Positions 1-11,522 of a DNA stretch of 64,000 nt are shown here, piece by piece. Origin of the DNA: an uncultured Myxococcales bacterium (GTDB lineage: Bacteria > Myxococcota > B64-G9). Both the position numbers and the translations under genes were made by a program. The stretch is from positions 38,567 to 102,566 of the forward strand of contig CAZXHT010000002.1 of the NCBI GenBank assembly GCA_964640665.1. The letters are read 5' to 3'. Under the pieces are notes generated by a model. That model searched no databases. It was not told the origin of the DNA and was given only the letters and a program-made list of their open reading frames with translations. How positions within the stretch are numbered: the first letter of the stretch is position 1; every line of letters starts with the position of its first letter.

Positions 1-1
1 G

Positions 2-946
2 GCATCACAGAACGTCTCCGAAAATCCAGCCAGTACCTACAACCCGCTTTTCATCTATGGCGGCGCCGGCCTCGGCAAGACTCACCTTTTGAACGCTATA
101 GGTCACAAGATATTTGAAGACCGTCCCAACTCACGCGTGATCTACACGTCTACCGAAACATTCGTGAACGAGATGATCAACTCCATCCGTTCCATGAAGA
201 TGGACAACTTCAGGAACAAGTACCGGACGCGATGCGACATATTATTGATCGACGACATACAATTTATTTCCGGCAAGGATCGCACCCAGGAGGAATTTTT
301 CCACACGTTCAATACTCTCTTCGAGTCTCACCGCCAAATCGTTCTCAGTTCTGACAGCTATCCGCAGGAGATTCCGAAACTTGAAGATCGTCTCAGGACG
401 CGTTTCCAGTGGGGACTGATCGCGGACATCCATGCCCCTGAAATCGAGACGAGAATCGCCATCTTGCAGAAAAAAGCCGATCAAGAAGGTTTGGATATCC
501 CTGATGATGTCTCCTTGTTCATTGCATCCAAGATTAAATCCAATATCCGCGAGATAGAGGGATCAATAAAGCGCCTTGGCGCCTTCTCCTCCCTGTACGG
601 TAAACCCATCACACTCGATTTTGCAAAGGATGCCTTGAAGGAAACCCTTGGCACAAGCATACGCCTTTCTATCGACGACGTTCTTAAAGCCGTTGCCGGA
701 CACTACAATGTCAAGGTTTCCGATCTCAAGGGCAGCAAGAGACTTCGCTCGATATCCAGGCCTCGCCAAATCGCCATGTACATTTGCAGAACCTATCTCG
801 ACGCGACCTACCCGGAAATTGGAAACCATCTCAACAAAGACCACTCGACCGCCATAAGTGCAGTAAGGAACGTCGAAAAGATGATCGCATCCGATCCATC
901 AGTTAGAGAAGCCATCGAAGCGATCAAGAGGCAACTCGGTTTTTGA
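2..946 (+). CDS. dnaA: Chromosomal replication initiator DnaA (5' partial, continues upstream of window)
   Basis: Frame 2 reads from nt 2 without stop: ...IYGGAGLGKTHLLNAIGHK (Walker A), AAA+ and C-terminal DNA-binding domain motifs; ORF track 89..946 is the same frame. Confidence 0.95.
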   Translation, partial: ASQNVSENPASTYNPLFIYGGAGLGKTHLLNAIGHKIFEDRPNSRVIYTSTETFVNEMINSIRSMKMDNFRNKYRTRCDILLIDDIQFISGKDRTQEEFFHTFNTLFESHRQIVLSSDSYPQEIPKLEDRLRTRFQWGLIADIHAPEIETRIAILQKKADQEGLDIPDDVSLFIASKIKSNIREIEGSIKRLGAFSSLYGKPITLDFAKDALKETLGTSIRLSIDDVLKAVAGHYNVKVSDLKGSKRLRSISRPRQIAMYICRTYLDATYPEIGNHLNKDHSTAISAVRNVEKMIASDPSVREAIEAIKRQLGF

Positions 947-1174
947 ATGAAAATTATTATGGAAAGCTTGTGGACTTCCATGTCAATAACCAGTGAATTA
1001 CTCGAAATCGGTGTTTTCCGACATTTTACGAACAGTCTTTCAAGAGACTTATGTCTTTATTTTCCCTTTACTATGGGTTATGTTACACGTAATTCACACG
1101 TTTCACAGGCCTTACTATGACTACTGTTTCTTTAATTAATTAATACCTGTAAAACAATAATGAGGAGACTTTAA

Positions 1175-2290
1175 ATGGAATTTTCCATAAACTCGGATGA
1201 TCTGTCCAAGGGCCTGTATCGAGCACAGGGAATCGTAGAAAAAAAGACAGCCATGCCGATTCTTTCAAATGTGCTTTTTACAGCTTCGCTTGATGGCAAG
1301 ATCTCAATTACGGCAACCGATCTTGAAGTAGGCATGACTTGCGAGCAGAACGGCGCCGTGAAAGAAGAGGGAAGTATTACCATCAGCGCACGTCACCTCT
1401 ACGACATAATAAGGTCTTTTAAAAAAAAAGAAGTTACTGTAAAAAAACTCGACAATAATTGGGCTGAGGTCAAGTGCGGAAATAACGAGTACCGCATGTT
1501 GGGAATGGCTGCCGAAGATTTTCAAGATCTACCCGATGTGAGCAAAGCAAAGTTATTTGAAATTGATCCCGGCGTTTTAAAGAACATGATTGACAAGACT
1601 ATCTATGCCGTCTCAAATGACGAGACAAGATACAACTTGAATGGCTCTTTTCTCGAAAAAACAAGCGATGGAGACTTCAGGATGGTTGCCACCGATGGGC
1701 ATAGATTATCAATGATCGATGCTAAATTATCGGTGGATAAGAATGCAGCCGGATTCGAGGAAGGAGTAATCATCCCCAAGAAAGGTTTACTGGAGATGAA
1801 AAGACTGATCGAGTCCGAGGAAGACGGCTGTAAGTTAGGTCTTGATGGAAGCAACCTGGTTTTCGGGATAAACGAGGTAACCGTCGTCATGAGGCTGCTC
1901 GATGGACAGTTTCCGGAATATAAACAAGTCGTTCCAACGGATCAAAAGATTACAATAGGCATCGACAGGAAGAAGTTGATGGAAAGTCTGAGGCGCGTCA
2001 GTATTTTGTCGAGTGACAGGACGCTTGGGGTGAAAATAGGTCTTACGAAGGGAATTCTCAGAATAAGCACGTCGAACCCTGATCTTGGCGAAGCGAAGGA
2101 GGAGATGGAAGTCGAATACGATGGCAAAGAGTTAACGATTGGATTCAACGCGCGCTACCTGATTGACGCAATGTCTTCCATGGAAACGGATACGGTCGAT
2201 ATATCTCTGGATGACGATCTTTCTCCAGGGGTAATAAGGCCTTCAGGTTCTGAAAATTACACCTGCGTAGTCATGCCGATGAGAATATAG
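1175..2290 (+). CDS. dnaN: DNA polymerase III beta sliding clamp
   Basis: 371 aa, three-domain beta-clamp pattern, canonical position after dnaA; AGGAG RBS upstream. Confidence 0.95.
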   Translation: MEFSINSDDLSKGLYRAQGIVEKKTAMPILSNVLFTASLDGKISITATDLEVGMTCEQNGAVKEEGSITISARHLYDIIRSFKKKEVTVKKLDNNWAEVKCGNNEYRMLGMAAEDFQDLPDVSKAKLFEIDPGVLKNMIDKTIYAVSNDETRYNLNGSFLEKTSDGDFRMVATDGHRLSMIDAKLSVDKNAAGFEEGVIIPKKGLLEMKRLIESEEDGCKLGLDGSNLVFGINEVTVVMRLLDGQFPEYKQVVPTDQKITIGIDRKKLMESLRRVSILSSDRTLGVKIGLTKGILRISTSNPDLGEAKEEMEVEYDGKELTIGFNARYLIDAMSSMETDTVDISLDDDLSPGVIRPSGSENYTCVVMPMRI

Positions 2291-2299
2291 GCCTGACTG

Positions 2300-3400
2300 T
2301 TGTTTGTCAGGCGAATAGAGGTATCTGGTTTCAGGAACCTTTCGCGACAAGTAATCGAACTGGCTCGGGGTGTTAATTTTTTTAAGGGCGGCAACGGCCA
2401 TGGCAAGACAAATACACTGGAGGCCGTGCATCTGCTGGCGACGTTGAAATCATTTCGCGGAGTTTCGGTAAGAGACGTAATTGCTCATGGCGAGGACAAG
2501 GCTGAAATTTCAGGTAGTCTGGAGCGCGACGGCATACCGATCGAAATAGGCCTGGTCATCGATCACAAGGGAAGAAGACTGAGAGTCGGGGGGCATAGTG
2601 TCTCTGTGGTGGACGACTACCTGGGCCGTTTGAAGGTGGCTACATTCACTCCTGACGACCTGTCGATGATAAAAGGATCCCCTTCGATAAGAAGGCGTTT
2701 CATGGATAGATCGGTGTTCCTGTTTCAGCCAATACACCTGGACCGCGTAAGAAGGTTCAAGGCAGCACTGAAATCACGTAATCGTCTGCTGCGAGATTCG
2801 GGTCGACTGGATAGGGCGGAAATAGATGCATTCGGCCAGTTGATGGCTTTGTATGGAACACAGGTTTCAAAGACGCGTGCGAATATCTTGAAACGCGTGA
2901 GGGATGCGGCCCGAAAGATATTTCACAGGCTGAGTGATGACAGGAACAACATCGACATCATCTTCAAGCCTGGTTGGAAAATGAAGAAAGACTCGGTTGC
3001 GGCGGATCTCGAAGCGCAGTTGCACGAGAAGGTAAGCACTGACATGCGCAGCGGTAAAACCGGCATCGGACCACAATATGACGACTTCGAGATTCTTATG
3101 GAAGAATCATCGGCGAGGCGATTCGCATCGCAGGGTCAACAGAGGAGTTGCGCTGTTTCTCTCTTACTGGGGGTGGTCGAGCACTTCATATTGGAAGAAA
3201 AAGAAAAGCCGATGATTATCCTGGACGATGTATCGAGTGAACTTGACAAGAGCCACCGCAAACGACTCTTCGAAAAGTTGACAGAGATTGGGGCGCAAGT
3301 GTTGTTAACGGCGACAGAAGAAGATCTGATCGCCGGGATAGCAGATCGCATCGAAAAGAGTTTTCTGGTGAACGAAGGAAAAATAACTCCTCTGGGGTAA
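2300..3400 (+). CDS. recF: DNA replication/repair protein RecF
   Basis: N-term RIEVSGFRNL + GGNGHGKTN Walker A, C-terminal ABC-type signature; canonical dnaN-recF adjacency. Confidence 0.9.
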   Translation: MFVRRIEVSGFRNLSRQVIELARGVNFFKGGNGHGKTNTLEAVHLLATLKSFRGVSVRDVIAHGEDKAEISGSLERDGIPIEIGLVIDHKGRRLRVGGHSVSVVDDYLGRLKVATFTPDDLSMIKGSPSIRRRFMDRSVFLFQPIHLDRVRRFKAALKSRNRLLRDSGRLDRAEIDAFGQLMALYGTQVSKTRANILKRVRDAARKIFHRLSDDRNNIDIIFKPGWKMKKDSVAADLEAQLHEKVSTDMRSGKTGIGPQYDDFEILMEESSARRFASQGQQRSCAVSLLLGVVEHFILEEKEKPMIILDDVSSELDKSHRKRLFEKLTEIGAQVLLTATEEDLIAGIADRIEKSFLVNEGKITPLG

Positions 3401-3403
3401 ATA

Positions 3404-5101
3404 TTGGGAGTCATCGACTGGTCGATCGTCGGCGGCTATATGGCCGTATCACTGGCCATCGGGCTGATATTCGCCAAAAAGGCCGGACGTAGCCTGAAGG
3501 ATTACTTTCTGTCCGGGCGCAGCCTGCCGTGGTGGGTAGTGGGCGGTTCGATGGTGGCTACTACTTTCGCCGCCGACACGCCGCTGGCGGTGACCGAGTA
3601 CGTTCGCGGTGATGGTATCTGGCGGAACTGGTTCTGGTGGACGCTGGCAATCAATCATGTACTGGCGGCCGTCGTTTTCTCCAAACTCTGGCGAAGGGCC
3701 GAGGTGCTTACCGACAATGAACTGATCGAGTTGCGCTACCACGGAAAACCGGCCGCCGTCTTGAGGGCGCTGAAGGCATGCTACTTCTCGACCATATACA
3801 ATTTCATCGTCATGGGTTGGGTAACGGCGGCGATGTCGACCGTGCTGAGCGAGTTCATCGACATTCCAATAATCTGGGCGGTTGTTGCCTGTATGGCCGT
3901 CGCATCGATCTATTCGTTGATGAGCGGATTCTGGGGTGTGGTGGTGACCGACCTCTTCCAGTTCGGCATGGCGATGATAGGCTCGGTGATATTCGCCGTG
4001 TTGGCCGCGAAAGCCGCGGGCGGCATGGATGCGATGTTGGCGAAGATAACGGAAATGGGCGCAGGATCGAAGCTGACATTCTTTCCCTCAATGAATTCGG
4101 GGCCCGAGGTGTGGGGAAAGTTCCTTGTGTTCGTCCTGGTCATGTGGTGGTCGACTCATAACGCTGACGGCGGGGGATACTTAATTCAGCGCATGATGGC
4201 GGCAAAGAACGAAAAACAAGCTCAGGCGGGAACGTTCTTTTTCGCCTTAATGCATTATATAGTCAGGGTCTGGCCATGGGTAGTAGTTGCCCTGGCATCG
4301 ATAGTCCTGCTTCCGGAAACGGTAGCCGGCAGGCAGGCCTATCCGCAACTGATGGCGAAAATTCTGCCGGTCGGCTTGAAGGGGGTTTTCGTCGCGGTGT
4401 TCCTGGCCGCTTACATGTCGACGATCGATACGCACCTTAACTGGGGATCGTCATACATCGTGAACGATATCTACAAGAGATTCATAAAGCCAAAGGCCGG
4501 GCCAAAACACTACGTGGCGGTATCCAAAATAGTGTCACTGGTCTTGATGATAGTTGCAGGTTTCGTGGCGCTCAGAATACACAGCATCACTTCGGCCTGG
4601 GAACTCGTCTGGGCCATGGGAGCAGGCGTGGGGGCGGTCTTGATCCTCAGGTGGTTCTGGTGGAGGATAAACGCCTACAGCGAGATCTCGGCCATGGCCA
4701 CATCCCTGGTCATCGCCATGGGCATGCAACTCTGGGAATTGACAACGGGTGAGAGCCTGGCACTGCATATAAAGGCGCTGGTTGTAGTTCTGGGATCGAT
4801 TGCAGTCTGGTTGCCTGTCACCTTGCTCACGAGGCCGGAGCCCGAGAAGGTGCTGAAAAGCTTCTGCGAACGGGTGAAGCCGGGAGGCAGATGGCCTTTC
4901 GAGGTTGCCGGCCGTGGTTATGGGCGGAGTATGATCGTAGCCTGGATAGGAGGGGTGGGTATCATATACGGCGGCATGTTCACTATTGGTGCGTTGGTGC
5001 TGAGACAGACCGATAGCCTGAGTTGGAGCATCCCGCTGGTTACGTCGGGCGGAGCGCTGGTGTGGCTGGGAATGAGAAAAATATTGCGTCAGGGTCAATA
5101 G
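3404..5101 (+). CDS. Sodium:solute symporter family (SSF) transporter
   Basis: 565 aa polytopic membrane protein, N-terminal GRSLPWWVVGGSMVATTFAADT motif typical of SSF/PutP/SglT-like carriers. Confidence 0.8.
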   Translation: MGVIDWSIVGGYMAVSLAIGLIFAKKAGRSLKDYFLSGRSLPWWVVGGSMVATTFAADTPLAVTEYVRGDGIWRNWFWWTLAINHVLAAVVFSKLWRRAEVLTDNELIELRYHGKPAAVLRALKACYFSTIYNFIVMGWVTAAMSTVLSEFIDIPIIWAVVACMAVASIYSLMSGFWGVVVTDLFQFGMAMIGSVIFAVLAAKAAGGMDAMLAKITEMGAGSKLTFFPSMNSGPEVWGKFLVFVLVMWWSTHNADGGGYLIQRMMAAKNEKQAQAGTFFFALMHYIVRVWPWVVVALASIVLLPETVAGRQAYPQLMAKILPVGLKGVFVAVFLAAYMSTIDTHLNWGSSYIVNDIYKRFIKPKAGPKHYVAVSKIVSLVLMIVAGFVALRIHSITSAWELVWAMGAGVGAVLILRWFWWRINAYSEISAMATSLVIAMGMQLWELTTGESLALHIKALVVVLGSIAVWLPVTLLTRPEPEKVLKSFCERVKPGGRWPFEVAGRGYGRSMIVAWIGGVGIIYGGMFTIGALVLRQTDSLSWSIPLVTSGGALVWLGMRKILRQGQ

Positions 5102-6261
5102 GCTGAGCGGAAAACTTTCTCTCCTGCAACATAGCTTTCCAGAACACGTAGATCGGATGGATCGAGAACAATCAGGTCGGCGTGCTTGCCGACGGCGATA
5201 CTGCCAAGCCGTTCGGAGATGCCCAGAACGCTGGCCGGTACGAGCGAGGCGCAACGAACGGCGGTAGGGATGTCGAGGTGGCAGAGATCGACGGCGTTCC
5301 TGACTGCGTCGGCCATTGTCAAGACACTCCCTGCGAGCAGGCCGCTCGCAGTCCGTGCTACGCCTGCGACCAGAGAGATTGGTGTGTCGCCCATGGAGCA
5401 GTTGTCTTCGGAGCAACCAAGAAGCGATGTTGCCGATGTGACGAGAGCGACGCGATCGGCACCAAGGGCACGGAAGGCCAACTTTGCGGCGCTGGGATGG
5501 ACATGAGAATCGCACAGGACGATCTCCGCGACGGCTTCGTCCGAAGTAAGAACAGCGCCCGCGGCGTTGGGATCGCGGTGGTGAAATGGCTTCATGCCGT
5601 TGAAGAGGTGGGTAACCAGTCGGCAACCGCGCCGTATTGCGTGTTCGGCCTGCTCGCAGGTTGAACTCGTGTGGCCGATAGCGGGTACTATACCCGCCCT
5701 GGAAAGCCAATCGACGAGGGAATCTGAACCGGGCAACTCCGGTGCGATGGTTACAATCCTCAACCAACCGGCCGCGGCGTTTGCGAAATCGGCGAGCAGG
5801 CCAAGATCGGGCTCGCGCAGAAAGTCGATGCCGTGGACACCGCAGCGGGACGGACTGATAAATGGTCCAATGAGGTAGGAGCCAAGCAGGCGGGTAGATC
5901 CATCGCCGGAAGAGGCAAGCGAGGAGATTGACGACAGGCAGCGCTTTGTTGTTTCGGGATCCGCAGGATAAAGAGCCAGGCACATGGACGTGGTGCCGTA
6001 AGCGGCATGAGTCTTCAGAATGGTATCGAGGCTTCCTGTCTCGGCAATGGTAGAGTCGACACCGCCGCCGCCATGGACGTGAAGATCGACGTATCCGGGC
6101 GCCAGCAGGAAACCACCCAGATCAATATCCTTGGAATTATGAGCGGGCATGCCGGAAGTCTCACCGATCCAGGCTATGACGCCGTTACGCACATCTACCG
6201 CACCGTCCCGAAGGATCTCGCGCTCGAGCACGACGGAACAATGTGTAAAGACGCAATCCAA
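5095..6261 (-). CDS. nagA: N-acetylglucosamine-6-phosphate deacetylase-like amidohydrolase
   Basis: PGYVDLHVHGGGGVD metal-binding motif and THLFNGM motif as in NagA; 388 aa. Confidence 0.75.
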   Translation of the reverse strand: MDCVFTHCSVVLEREILRDGAVDVRNGVIAWIGETSGMPAHNSKDIDLGGFLLAPGYVDLHVHGGGGVDSTIAETGSLDTILKTHAAYGTTSMCLALYPADPETTKRCLSSISSLASSGDGSTRLLGSYLIGPFISPSRCGVHGIDFLREPDLGLLADFANAAAGWLRIVTIAPELPGSDSLVDWLSRAGIVPAIGHTSSTCEQAEHAIRRGCRLVTHLFNGMKPFHHRDPNAAGAVLTSDEAVAEIVLCDSHVHPSAAKLAFRALGADRVALVTSATSLLGCSEDNCSMGDTPISLVAGVARTASGLLAGSVLTMADAVRNAVDLCHLDIPTAVRCASLVPASVLGISERLGSIAVGKHADLIVLDPSDLRVLESYVAGEKVFRSAY

Positions 6262-6441
6262 GAAAACCTCCGCAAGGCGGTGTTAGAGTTCTTGAAAAAA
6301 CGATGGAAGATTGTCGTACATCAAGGGCGGGGCTGTCAACAGGTACAAAAAACGTCCAGCGAGAAAAACAATAACAAAACAAGCGGTTATGGGAAATGGA
6401 GTCAATGGATTTTACTTTACTGGCATTAGCAATCGTGCTAA

Positions 6442-8940
<2,499 letters not shown>

Positions 8941-8950
8941 CGGCAGAACC

Positions 8951-9949
8951 ATGAAAAGAACAATTTTTCGCTCGGTCGGGGGATATGTTCCGGACAAGGT
9001 GGTGACCAACGACGATCTGTCTAGCATTATGGAGACAAGCGACGAATGGATAGTAGAGCGTACGGGAATCAGGCAAAGACACTGGGTGGAAGAAAGCACC
9101 GGATCGAGCGACTTGGCTGTTCCCGCTTCTTATGAAGCGCTGGAAAGGGCCGGTATAGACGTCGGTGATATCGACTGCATCGTGCTCGCGACCCTCTCTC
9201 CGGACCACACCTTTCCCGGAACGGCCTGTTTTTTACAGCACAAGCTTGGGCTCGGGGGCATCGCCGCGCTGGACGTCAGGAACCAGTGCTCGGGTTTCAT
9301 CTACGGCCTTAGTATCGCTGACGCCTGGGTGCGCTGTGGCCAGTACAAATGCGTCCTGTTGGTTGGAACGGAGGTTCATTCGACCGGCATCGACAAGACC
9401 ACGCGCGGTCGGGATATCGCCTGCCTCTTCGGAGACGGGGCCGGGGCCGTAATTCTCACTCCCACAGACGATCAGAAAAGGGGTATCCTGTCCACACATC
9501 TGCACGCCGACGGAAAGTACGCCCGCTCGCTGTGGATCGAGGCGCCGGGATCATGCTTTTATCCGTTGCGCATCAACGAGCAAATGCTGGAGGAAGGGCG
9601 GCACTTTCCAAAGATGAAGGGTCGGCACGTATTCACCCATGCAATCAAGCGCATGCCGGAAGTCATAGGCGAGGCCTTATCAGAAAACGGTTTCAAACCG
9701 AGTGACGTCGACCTGTTCGTTCCACATCAGGCAAATCAGAGGATTACCGAAGCAGTAGCAAAGGTAATGGGTTTCGGATCAGAGCAGGTGTACTCGAATA
9801 TCGAGAGATACGGAAACACAACCGCCGCCAGCATACCGCTGTGTCTCAAGGATGCCGAGAGAGAGGGTCGCCTGAAGAAGGGAGACCTGCTCCTGCTGGC
9901 ATCTTTCGGAGCGGGTTTCACCTGGGCCAGCGCCCTTGTCAAATGGTAA
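8951..9949 (+). CDS. fabH: 3-oxoacyl-ACP synthase III (KAS III)
   Basis: 332 aa; active-site Cys context NQCSGF, HQANQRI and GNTTAASIPL motifs. Confidence 0.9.
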   Translation: MKRTIFRSVGGYVPDKVVTNDDLSSIMETSDEWIVERTGIRQRHWVEESTGSSDLAVPASYEALERAGIDVGDIDCIVLATLSPDHTFPGTACFLQHKLGLGGIAALDVRNQCSGFIYGLSIADAWVRCGQYKCVLLVGTEVHSTGIDKTTRGRDIACLFGDGAGAVILTPTDDQKRGILSTHLHADGKYARSLWIEAPGSCFYPLRINEQMLEEGRHFPKMKGRHVFTHAIKRMPEVIGEALSENGFKPSDVDLFVPHQANQRITEAVAKVMGFGSEQVYSNIERYGNTTAASIPLCLKDAEREGRLKKGDLLLLASFGAGFTWASALVKW

Positions 9950-9983
9950 TTGCCAGAGAGAAACAGTTACGGGTATTGCAGAT

Positions 9984-11294
9984 TCAGGAAGCGCGGCCGT
10001 CTGGTTCGGTGGTCGGGCCGTCAAACTCGTCGTCGAGAGAATCTGAGCTTTTAGGCGAGACGTCTTGCCCGTCATCGGGCTTGGCTCTTACGAATGGCTG
10101 TGCCGGTTGCGGGTTGATGCCCAGGGGAGTGAAGAGCGCCTGGCGCGGACCCGGTAACTTGCCGATTTGACGGACGAGATCCTCCTTCTGGATATAGATC
10201 TCCTCGCGCCGGCCGCCGTCGTGCTCGATCTTCAGGCAGAGTTCTAAAGGCGCAGGGCTGCGGGCGTCGATTTCGAGAATTGTCGGTGCTAGGTAACGAA
10301 CCAGGCGCTGGACCAAGTCGCCAACCAGGCGGCCGCCGACCACCTCCGTCCCATCGATACTGACGGACGCAAGATCGCCGCGAGTGCGATAGAGTTCGAT
10401 GACGTGGTTTTTGAGCAACCTGTAGAACTCGAGAAGATTCTCGGAGTCGGATGGGTTTACCACCTCATCCGGCACGGACGTCTCCGGCGCGCCTTCACCG
10501 GCTCTGGTAATGGCGATGCCGCCGTTGCGGCCCTTTTTCACCTTGACCTGCAAACCATCGCTGCCATTGCCTGTGTGCTTGATCAGCCGGAAGCTGCAGG
10601 CATCGTCATCGTCCACCACTTCGGTAAGAACGGCATCGTCGATGCGTAGCGTGTCGACGACGGGCTCCTTCTTAAGCCACGCCTTTTTGGTGCCGACGGG
10701 AAAATCGAGCCGGCCGGGAAGGAGGTCGGAAAACTTTTTCGGTTCACAGAAGAAAACAGAGGCCGCCGTGTCGATGAAGTATGAACTGCGTACACCGGTG
10801 ACATCCAGAATCTCGGAGTAGGCCTGGTAGCGCTGGCCATCGAGAGCGCAGCGCAGCGTGTTACCGGCCAGCGGCACGACGCTGGGCGTGTAAAAAAGTT
10901 TGAGAAGATCCAGGATTCTTGCCGACAGGCGTGCAATTTCCCCCTGGGCGCGCTCGATCCGCTGTTCGATCTGATTTGCGAGCTTGGCCTTGCCGTCGGA
11001 GATAAACTGCTTGAGACTGCCGGCCGCGCCACTGGCTACCACGGCGACAATGTCATCAGAGGACAGGCCGGAAACAAATGCGTCGATGGTATCACGCAAA
11101 GAGCCATGGAAGCGGTTGATATTCTCGATGGACTCGACCAGGAACTGACGATCGGATTCAATGTTTGCGAGCAACTCGTTGATCTCGATATCGAGAAGGA
11201 TTACGTTGACGGCCATATCAATGAAGCGCTTGAGCAGATCGAGAGTATTTTCCTGGGGCGGGAAGTCGCTCAGATCGCCGAAAAGATAACGCAT
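9984..11294 (-). CDS. Conserved hypothetical protein with acidic C-terminal tail
   Basis: 436-aa ORF with coding-like composition in high-GC context, predicted coiled-coil N-terminal half, D/E/S-rich C-terminus; no recognisable catalytic motif. Confidence 0.5.
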   Translation of the reverse strand: MRYLFGDLSDFPPQENTLDLLKRFIDMAVNVILLDIEINELLANIESDRQFLVESIENINRFHGSLRDTIDAFVSGLSSDDIVAVVASGAAGSLKQFISDGKAKLANQIEQRIERAQGEIARLSARILDLLKLFYTPSVVPLAGNTLRCALDGQRYQAYSEILDVTGVRSSYFIDTAASVFFCEPKKFSDLLPGRLDFPVGTKKAWLKKEPVVDTLRIDDAVLTEVVDDDDACSFRLIKHTGNGSDGLQVKVKKGRNGGIAITRAGEGAPETSVPDEVVNPSDSENLLEFYRLLKNHVIELYRTRGDLASVSIDGTEVVGGRLVGDLVQRLVRYLAPTILEIDARSPAPLELCLKIEHDGGRREEIYIQKEDLVRQIGKLPGPRQALFTPLGINPQPAQPFVRAKPDDGQDVSPKSSDSLDDEFDGPTTEPDGRAS

Positions 11295-11401
11295 CGGTGA
11301 GAATTCTACACCGACCCGGGGCGGCCGTCAACGGGCACCGCAATTATTCATAATTGCTTGATAATAAAGGTTATATGCTGATTTAGGGGGCGTAAAATTC
11401 G

Positions 11402-11431
11402 TTGACACTCACGCTGGCGTGGTGGTAGAAA
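11402..11431 (+). promoter_or_regulatory. Putative promoter upstream of gyrA (TTGACA - 18 nt - TAGAAA)
   Basis: Perfect -35 hexamer, weak -10; located in 228-bp divergent intergenic region. Confidence 0.3.
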
Positions 11432-11522
11432 AACGATGTGAAAAAGTTAGGATAAACGTGACCTTGTAGTGAAATAGAATTGGTTTATTAGAACCGGGCG
11501 ACACGGAGAGGAAAACGGCAAC

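Noticed and set aside
947-1174. dnaA-dnaN intergenic region as oriC with DnaA boxes
   Set aside because: Only weak partial DnaA-box matches (6-7 of 9) were found by eye; it is reported as a low-interest observation, not annotated as an origin.
4535-5983. 482-aa minus-strand ORF with Arg/Ser/Pro-rich translation overlapping the SSF transporter and nagA genes
   Set aside because: The low-complexity Arg-rich product is typical of antisense or out-of-frame reading of high-GC coding DNA. It overlaps two well-supported genes and has no motif.
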